From the human T2T-CHM13v2.0 reference genome, Homo sapiens, in the NCBI RefSeq assembly GCF_009914755.1, contig NC_060926.1: a stretch of DNA of 64,000 nucleotides; one strand, 5' to 3'. The position numbers and the translations under genes were made by a program. The notes beneath the pieces were generated by a model. The model saw only the letters and a list, made by a program, of their open reading frames with translations. It searched no databases and had not been told where the DNA came from. This document shows positions 55,871 through 64,000 of the stretch, piece after piece; within the stretch, counting starts at the first letter, position 1, and the number at the start of each line of letters is the position of its first letter.

Positions 55871-57659
55871 AATATTAAAAGGCTATACATTTACTTTCTT
55901 CTAGTTCATATTGTACACTATGCTGAGATTCCCTTCTCTGCCTATAATTAATTCAAATCAGTGATATGTTAGGGTAGTGACTTCTCTAAAACTTCAGGCC
56001 ATATAACTAGGTATATTGTGTCAGGGCGCTATGCTATTCTTATAAAATAAAGAGTTCTACAATTACATTTGGTCATTAATATCACCAGAAAATCTCACAC
56101 ATATCCATAGAATGAAATGTTTTGCTACCTTCCCAAGAGAGAATAATTGTGTTTTCAAAAAGGAAAAAAATATGGTATATTCATGAAAAGAATTGTTTTG
56201 AGGATTTGTTGACTTAACCAAATTTTTAAAAATGTAAGCAGTCTTATAATAGCATAATTGTTTTATGATTATTCCCAAAGTAAACTGAGTAAATATTGGA
56301 ATGTGGGGCTGTTCATACATTTACACACAGTGTAAAGCAAGTATAATGATAGATACAGAGATAAGTGATTAGGTAGGTGGGTAGGTAGTGAAACTCCTTA
56401 ACATCTATCCTACTGCTCCTGTTACCAGGCACATGATTAAGCTATAGCAGCTGGCTGTTGATTTAACCTTTGAGTTTTCTGGCTCCCGGCATGTAAGAAT
56501 CCTAACATTATGCCTGAGCAACACTGAATAATAAGCCAGATACTGCTTTGAAAATGTGTGTGGTCCCACACATATAATTTTTTTTGATGAGCTGTTTTTC
56601 TTTTAACCTTAATCCTTTTAGTTTGTTATGAAATTCCTTATGGCATAATCACCCCCAGGAATGGCAAGGATAGAGCCTTTTCCCTCGCAACCCTCCCACC
56701 CCACCCATTTTCTTTGACGTGACAATTATTGTCTGATAATGATGTGGTAGAAACAGCAGCATGCTTGAGAATCAAGATTTAACTACGAATGAATGTCAAT
56801 TCACTACTTTAACCTAGTACTTTCATTTTGATCCTGTACATGTTAGCCTTCTGATCTATGGTTCATAAGCTGTTCTATTTGAGTGTATTACTGGGAGGCA
56901 GGTGTTCTATTTGAGTGTATTACCGGCAATTACTTCCCATCATTGAAGTTAAGTAAATTTTGCCACACTTTATCTTTTGTTTTATAAATCACAGCAGGTA
57001 CCATAATTCATTTCAGTAATTTATTCATAGGACAATTATATAGTTATTAATGGAATAGTAATGGAGTAAAGGTTTTCTTTTAAAACCCAAGTACTGTACC
57101 TTTAAAAATATCCTAGACTTTATCAGTCTTCTGATAACAAAATACTAATAACTTTTCATTTACATTTTAAAAGGAAACACTATATCTGTATATACTTTTT
57201 CAGTTTCTAAATTTTAGTTGTGGACTTGTAATTCCAAGTTATAAAACTGTCATTTAGAGAATATTGGGTTTTATTATTGAAATGGGAAGGTTAAAAAATG
57301 GTGATACAGAGAACATTATACATTTAAATTTTCAGGATTGGCAAATTGGGTTCATATAGGCCCCTAAAAATGTTTGTGGAAACCAACAAACAAACTGGAA
57401 TAAGAGTTCAGAGAACAAGGGTCTAAGGTTATATACAACTGACTGCAAGATCTTCAGCAAATCATTCAATGTCTCTAAGCTCCTCTTTCCTGGATCATAA
57501 AAGAAGTGTATCAGACTAGACATTCGTTCTAATACTCTTTTTAGCTCTAACATTTTCAGGACAACCACACTTTATGGGTCAGAGAGTAATAACTATAAAT
57601 AATGATTTATTTCTTCCAGAAAAAACATGCTCAATAAATTACTGTATTACAAAACACAG

Positions 57660-57860
57660 GAGGAGCCTAGCCTAATAAAAAGGACATGGAATGAGTCAGA
57701 CTGAGGCTGAAATCCTAGCTTCACCATTACTGGCCTTAAGCAGTTCTGCCAGTTTCCTCACCCCTCCAGGTAGAATGCTATCTCTGCTTTATTGTTTTTA
57801 TCATGGAGGATTGCTATGAAGATAAAGGTGTCAAGCACAATTTAGGTGCTCAATAGGTTA
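57660..57860 (+). mobile_element. MIR
   Basis: GAGTCAGAC...AAATCCTAGCT...CAGTTTCCTCA...TAGGTGCTCAATA. Confidence 0.65.
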
Positions 57861-59139
57861 TGTATGTTCTTGACTCCTTTTAAAATTTCATTGAAAATGC
57901 AAAGTATATGTGTAGTAGATGTCTAGGGGTATAAGATTAGTCACACAGTATAAGAAAGAAGCATTAAAAATGGCCAGAAAAATTCCCAAGTCACGAGATT
58001 GAGGCAAGGAGTTTCTAAATAAGGTCAGTAACTGCATACTGGGGAAGTGGGATAATGATGTTAACTCAAAGTAGAACTCCATTATAGTTAGCATTAAGAA
58101 ATACACCAATGTAGGAAATAAGGCAAAGGGAATAGAAAGACTATTAAAAAATAAAAAATAAAAAAAACCATCCTCAACAAGCAGGAAGTCAATTAACTCA
58201 ACAGCAAAAATCAGCCAGGTAGGAAGGTTTGTGAAGGGAAATCAGTGGAATGAGAATTTTTTCGTGTGTCCAGGCATGAGCAAGGTGCTGGGCTGAATTC
58301 TCATTAACAGACCTGACCTAAACTTTCTTGACCTCCTCTGGCTGCTTTTCTCAGTACATTTTTGACACAGAAGTGCACTGGACTAGAAATCGGAATGCTC
58401 ACTCTGCTGTGCTGTGGAAATGTGATTGTAAATGAGTCTCATTACCTTGAAGCCTGTTTTCTCCTACCTAGAGAATGCATTGTAAGGAAAGAATGATGCA
58501 ATATAAGCTGCTCCTAGGTCATCCATATTCCAAAGGTGCAACCCTTAATTTTCAAATCATAATTTTGGAGTGAACCTTCCAATGGTCTATTTGCTTGAAA
58601 TAAGCTCCTCTCAAAGTTTTACCCCAGCTATTTCTGAGAGTTCCTCAGGGATCTCGTGATCTCTGATAGAATCCTTACAGTTTCTTCTGATCTCTTTCTT
58701 CCATTTCCCTGTTGATTCTGTTGTTGCTCACACTTTTGAGGTAATCATTTGGGAAAACGGTACCCTACAGGCATTCCTGCTCTCAGAACTGGGCAAAGGT
58801 GCTTGCTTCAACCTTCCTCCAGCCATGCTGCTCTCCATGGGGTGTGAAATCCATTGGGTTTACTTCCCCTTTTCTAGACCATGCTCTAGGTACCAAGGAC
58901 TCAAGACTCTTCTGCTTAGAAGGACTTCTAAGGCCCTTCATTCTGAGGCTAACACATGCCAGTGTGCAACTCTGGGGGCTCAAAGTGCAGCAAAAGGTGA
59001 CTGTTTTCTGTGGGAGTGTGTGTGGAGCTTGGAAGCATGACCTGGGATATCCACACATGGTGAGCAAGGCCCTTCCTCATATGAGACAGAGAGAGTGAGC
59101 ATGGAAAAAGAAGGCTGTGGGTGTCGGCAGGAGAGAGAG

Positions 59140-59327
59140 GAGGGGGTGGAGAATTCTAAATTTCAACTGTCCTTCAAGTCATTATGAAGAGAGATTTGTC
59201 AAGGTAGAGGATGAGACATATTCCAGGAAATTAGGTAGCTTGATTTATAACATTTAAATATTTGGACATAGGTATGCAAGTCTCCTCTGTGCTCCTGCCC
59301 AGGCCTGTGGATGCTGGGGTAGACCTG
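59140..59327 (-). mobile_element. hAT-Tip100-like DNA transposon end (MamTip-like)
   Basis: GAGAATTCTAAATTT...GTCAAGGTAG...TAGCTTGATTTATAACATTTAAATATTTGGACATA resembles a recalled consensus; left extent unclear. Confidence 0.45.
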
Positions 59328-60008
59328 TCTGAGGTGAAGTGATCACCACTGATACCTCTTCAGCACTAGGGAGGGCTCTAATTCCTCTTAGCGCAGGTGA
59401 CACCAGTCTGTGAGTTTAACAAGATCTCCTTGAAGGCCTGGAAATAATATAAGTCTAATACAAAGTAACCAACAGCTATTATCAGTGGTGGTTACTTAGG
59501 ATTCACAGACCCAACTGGACTGCAGAGTTCCTTACACACTCCCACAGCTTCTGGGATCATGGAGACCAGCTCAAACCCACAAATGGGAGTCTCCAGACAC
59601 CTCCAAACACTAGTCTAGGCCTGTTTATTGTGGTTCCTGTTGTTTTAAATGAAGTCATACTTGTTTCATTGATTGACAGTGGCACTATCTGTTTCCTTCA
59701 GATGAGATACCACTTCCCCCTCAGCCTCTACTTGTGTGTTATATGACAACAGTGGCCTGGAAGAGATCATCACAGTTGTTCCCCTTATTTATCAAAATCC
59801 CGATTGTTTTATTTTAAACAGCACACATCTGAGCTAGTAACAGTTTGGTCCAAGCAGCAGAGCACAAACCCAACACCAATTTCCTGTCACAGCCTCACCT
59901 GCAATGGGAGATGGGAGAACGATGAGATTGATAGGTCCCTCCTGTCACAGCCTGGTCTCAATTCCTAGACTCCTGTGAACAACTATCTGGATTAAAAAAA
60001 GACAAACT

Positions 60009-60300
60009 AGCTGGGCACGGTGGCTCATGGCTGTAATCCCAGCACTTTGGGAAGCTGAGTCAGGTGAATCGCTTGAGCCCAGGAGTTTGTGACCAGTTGG
60101 GCAACATGGTGAAACATTGTCTCTACTAAAAACATAGAGATTAGCTGGACGTGGTGGCATGCACCTGTAGTCCTAGCTACCTGGGGAATTGAGGCATGAG
60201 AATTGCTTGAACCTGGGAGGTGGAGGTTGCAGTGAGCTGGGATGGGCCACTGAACTCCAGCCTGGGCAACAGAGTGAGACTCCATCTCAGAACAAAACAA
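60009..60300 (+). mobile_element. Alu (J/old S)
   Basis: Dimeric Alu. Confidence 0.9.
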
Positions 60301-61234
60301 GAGACACAAACCTTCCAAGAACAAGATTTTTTTTTTTTTTAAATCATAAGGCAGTCTAAACTAAGACTAGGGCAGAGAAGAATTCTCTAAATCTCCAGGG
60401 CTGAAGTCTGCTAATAGTCTCAATTATGGAATCAAGTAGAACTGAATATATCTGTCTGAAGCAGCAGCACTTGGGTTAAATTTTTATAATCCAGAGATTC
60501 CTGAAAATATGGGTTTCCATCTATATCTTCAAGATTTTAAAAGCTCACCAAAGTCAATTCTCCCAGAGCAAAATGAGGTATAAACTGCCCACTACCCCTC
60601 TCGGCTTGTCAGTTTTCAATCTTCAAAATTATTGGAATCAAATATCCACTATACATAATTAAATATGTGTACTACTAAAGACATTAGTATTTATTACTAA
60701 CATGAATAATATCTGTCCTGTCTGTATCATGCACCACTGTGAGGCCTGAAAAAAAGGGGATGTAGTGCAAGAGTAACACAGTAGCACCAGTAATACCATC
60801 AAGCAGGGATAGCCCAAGCGCAGTACTGTTACACACATGGTTTTGAAAAGCAGGTTGCAAACCATAAAATGATCCAAAGGTTAGGTAATTCTGTCACCTT
60901 TCCCTTCCTTACTGAGGCTAGCTGTTCTGGTGAACATATTTGGATTCAATTCAATGTTTTATTGAGTGTCTTCTAAGTACAAGTTAGTATGATAGGTGGT
61001 GAAACTCAAACTATCCCCTTGGCTCAAAGCAACATTTTCAATGTTACTGCTCAGCCGCACTTATACACAGCCTGGAAAACCTGTAAGAGCTCTGCTGCTG
61101 CTGAAGACCAAGGATTTCTTTTGTTTTTCTCCATTTTCCTTAGTCATTTTACATGAACAGGGAGAAAGAATGTTAGGATCTTCCTTCATCTAACAAATGA
61201 ATCATTTTGTTTTGTTAGCATGAATACTATCTGG

Positions 61235-61460
61235 AACATACAGCTATAATGGTAAAGACTGAATTCTAGAGTCAGCAGACCTGTTTTCAACTCTTAACAG
61301 TTGAGTTATTTAACATCATCAATTCAATTCAGACTTTGATCGTATGTCAAATTGGATTGAGGATAGGATCTATCTCATGGGAAGGCTGTGAAGATTAAGG
61401 GGGATAACAAATATGAAGTATGTAGCGCAGTAAGGACTCAAATATTAATCATTTTAAATT
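61235..61460 (+). mobile_element. MIR
   Basis: TCTAGAGTCAGCAGACCTG...GGCTGTGAAGATTAAG...ACTCAAATATTA. Confidence 0.6.
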
Positions 61461-64000
61461 AGTAATTGTATTATTTCTAAACTGGGTGCTTGCTAAAGAA
61501 GATACACAGATTGTAAAATGAGATCTCCATTGTCAAGTATAGAATCCTTCTACATGGAATAAGCTGTACACCAATAATGTCATTTACCCTAAGAGACATA
61601 TAGAAACTCTTTGTTATCCAGAATGCCATCTATGCAAAATATATTTAAGAGATGGGAAGTGAAAAATGAATCAATGCAGCTAAACTAGGTACCAGACAGT
61701 ACATATATACCTTGTACAAGTGATGGGTCCAAAATAGTAGATGACTAATTGCCAACAGTAGATTTTTGTTGTAGTTACCTACAAGAGTAATCATGATTCT
61801 TCTCATGTGGCACTATTATTATTGATCTTTCACAGAAAGAGTCATGTTATCCATGCTCATGTGCAATGGACAAAGCTTTTCCAACTTCGTCCTGTTCTAG
61901 ATGTTACATGCCAGAAGTTCACTCCTGCAATCAGCAAGTGGGACACAGGTAGAGAAAGACAGAGATTTCAAAGCCACACAGACAGAGCAGTCATTCCCAG
62001 ACAGTCACTAACTCCACACCCACATTCAGTAGAGAGCACTGAAGGAAAGCCTTATCTGCACTTTCGAAGCTGATACGACAGATTTTAAGGTCTATCACTG
62101 AGCATCTGTGGACTCAGAGATAGAGAATGTCCTGAAAAATAGTAATAAGGTCCATGATAGAAGGAAATAACATGAGCTAAAATACACATAAAGGATTTAG
62201 AAGAGTTCTGCGAATGTGGAAAGTCCTTAAGAAAAGTGAGCTTTTATTATTATTTTTTGTAGGAAAAAAGCGACTTGGACCCACAAAACAGCAACAATGG
62301 AAACTGGACAGCTGAAAAATATGTAGAACCATTGGCAACTTAGAAATTTAGACCCCCAAATCACCAAAGAATATTTTATTTTTTCAACAGAACAAATTCC
62401 TTAGTAGATAGGGGCACTTGTAATACACTTGAAGACTTTCTTGTGGTTGATTTCATGTGTGGGTTAACTCTAAAGTAATCTGCATATACAGATTATTCCT
62501 TAGTTTTAAATTTGTCATCTTTATAAAGTTCCAACCTAAAACCCTTCCAGGTATTATTACACCCGAGAGTATACGGATCTACCTTAGCTGTTAAAGTCTG
62601 AGGGCCCACCCAGAGCGGGCAGATCAGATAAGCACGTCACCCCACAGGAAGCTGCTTTCAGTTGTTTGCTGGGGCATGCCTTGGTATCAGTCACAGATGT
62701 TACTCAAAGATGAGACCCCTTCAGCCCTTATTCAAAGCCCTTTTACTCTTCTTTGTTCCAATTCTGTAATAAACATTTATCGAATTTTAGATACTGACAA
62801 GGCCAGGAATATATGTCTGGCCAGCCACAGCCAGGTAAACATCATACGCAAACTAAAAGACAAATGCAGTCAGGGGAGCTGTGAACACGTTCAAGCCCCT
62901 GAACTATGACCTGTGCTTTGAGTTCTGTGTGAGACTGAAAAAGACAAACAGAAGAGTTGCCTGTTAGAGATAGTTTTGTTTTTCTGGTTTTAAAGATATA
63001 ATCCTTAGATTTGTAAATCATTCTTGGTAAGGGGGAGACACTGCTTTCCAGTTGTCTACCATTTCACTTACCTGAACTTTTTGAATGCACAGTCCTATAC
63101 ATTCTTTGTCAGTACATTGATTTTAAAGTCGTTTTATAAAAGTTAATGACTCACGGGGCCATCTGTGCAACTTAAACACAATGGCAACCTATGCAGGTGG
63201 TTGCTGTGTGTCATATACTGTGCCTGCTGTGTATATTTCTTCTAATTAGTCATACATCCTGAATCAGTTAAGGATGACTGTGGTGAGAAATACAAATCAT
63301 ACCAGGACTGCTTTTAGCCTGACCTATGGTGAACTTGAATGAGTAAAGTACTCCCTGGAGAGAAAATTGCTCACTGTATAGGTAGGCGTACTCCTTTCTT
63401 TCAAGGCAACAGGATACATTTAACAACAAGGAAAAAGGAGTTTATCAAATATATCCTGAGTAAGACCCTTTGGTGGCGGGTTGTTTTTCAGGCTCAATTT
63501 CTTGGCTTCTCAGATCTATCCTTTAGAAAAAAAAAAAAAAGAGTAGTCCAAAAGCTGAAATTCATCAAGAAACATATCCTGTTCATGAAGGAGTCCTAGT
63601 GGAGGATGGAAACAACTTTAATTTAGGTTCTAGTAAGCAGTCTGGGATGATTTTCAGATAAACCATGAAGCCATCAACTTGTATTTAATTTGCTGTCATA
63701 AAATTTAATTACTCTCAAGCAAAACAAGTTCTAATTAGATGTGATATGAAAAAATTAAAACACAGCATATTAACAAGTGAAACTGATCTCTAGATAATAA
63801 AAGTGAGAGAAAGTACATATTGAACTTAAGGAGTGGTCTGGAAAGAGTACCAACAACTAAACGAGGAAAATTTAGTGTGGTCGTGGTAGGAGGAAAGGTA
63901 GCCAAAGGAAAGAATCCTGTGTTAATGAGCCTCTGGTCAGTGACTGAGACTGTAGAAAAGAGTAAAAAATAAAATGAAAAAAGTCAAAGGAATTCTAGGT

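Noticed and set aside
63066-63074. Perfect - strand splice donor CAG|GTAAGT
   Set aside because: No convincing partner acceptor or coding frame at exon-like distance

Overview
Primate (human-like) genomic DNA with no recognisable host protein-coding gene, tRNA, rRNA or CRISPR array; it reads as intergenic or deep intronic. A large fraction is transposon-derived: a truncated ERVL provirus (LTR16 plus internal sequence), one full-length but disabled L1PA5/6-like LINE-1 with target-site duplications (TSDs), three further primate L1 fragments, older L1M pieces, about 12 Alu/FLAM elements, MaLR LTRs (MSTA, MLT1A, MLT1C), a MER39-like LTR, DNA transposon relics (MER5A, MER44, MADE2, MER81) and many L2/MIR fragments. 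Every ORF with recognisable homology belongs to these elements. The most unusual non-transposon signal is a gapless 121-bp, ~90%-identical inverted repeat (15569-15689 / 16215-16335) whose arms carry splice-site-like motifs. Other observations are deletion junctions between elements, an Alu inserted at a palindromic target, a mutated L1 YY1 site and motif-dense enhancer-like stretches. Subfamily calls come from recalled consensus sequences, not a database search. I found no convincing new multi-gene system.
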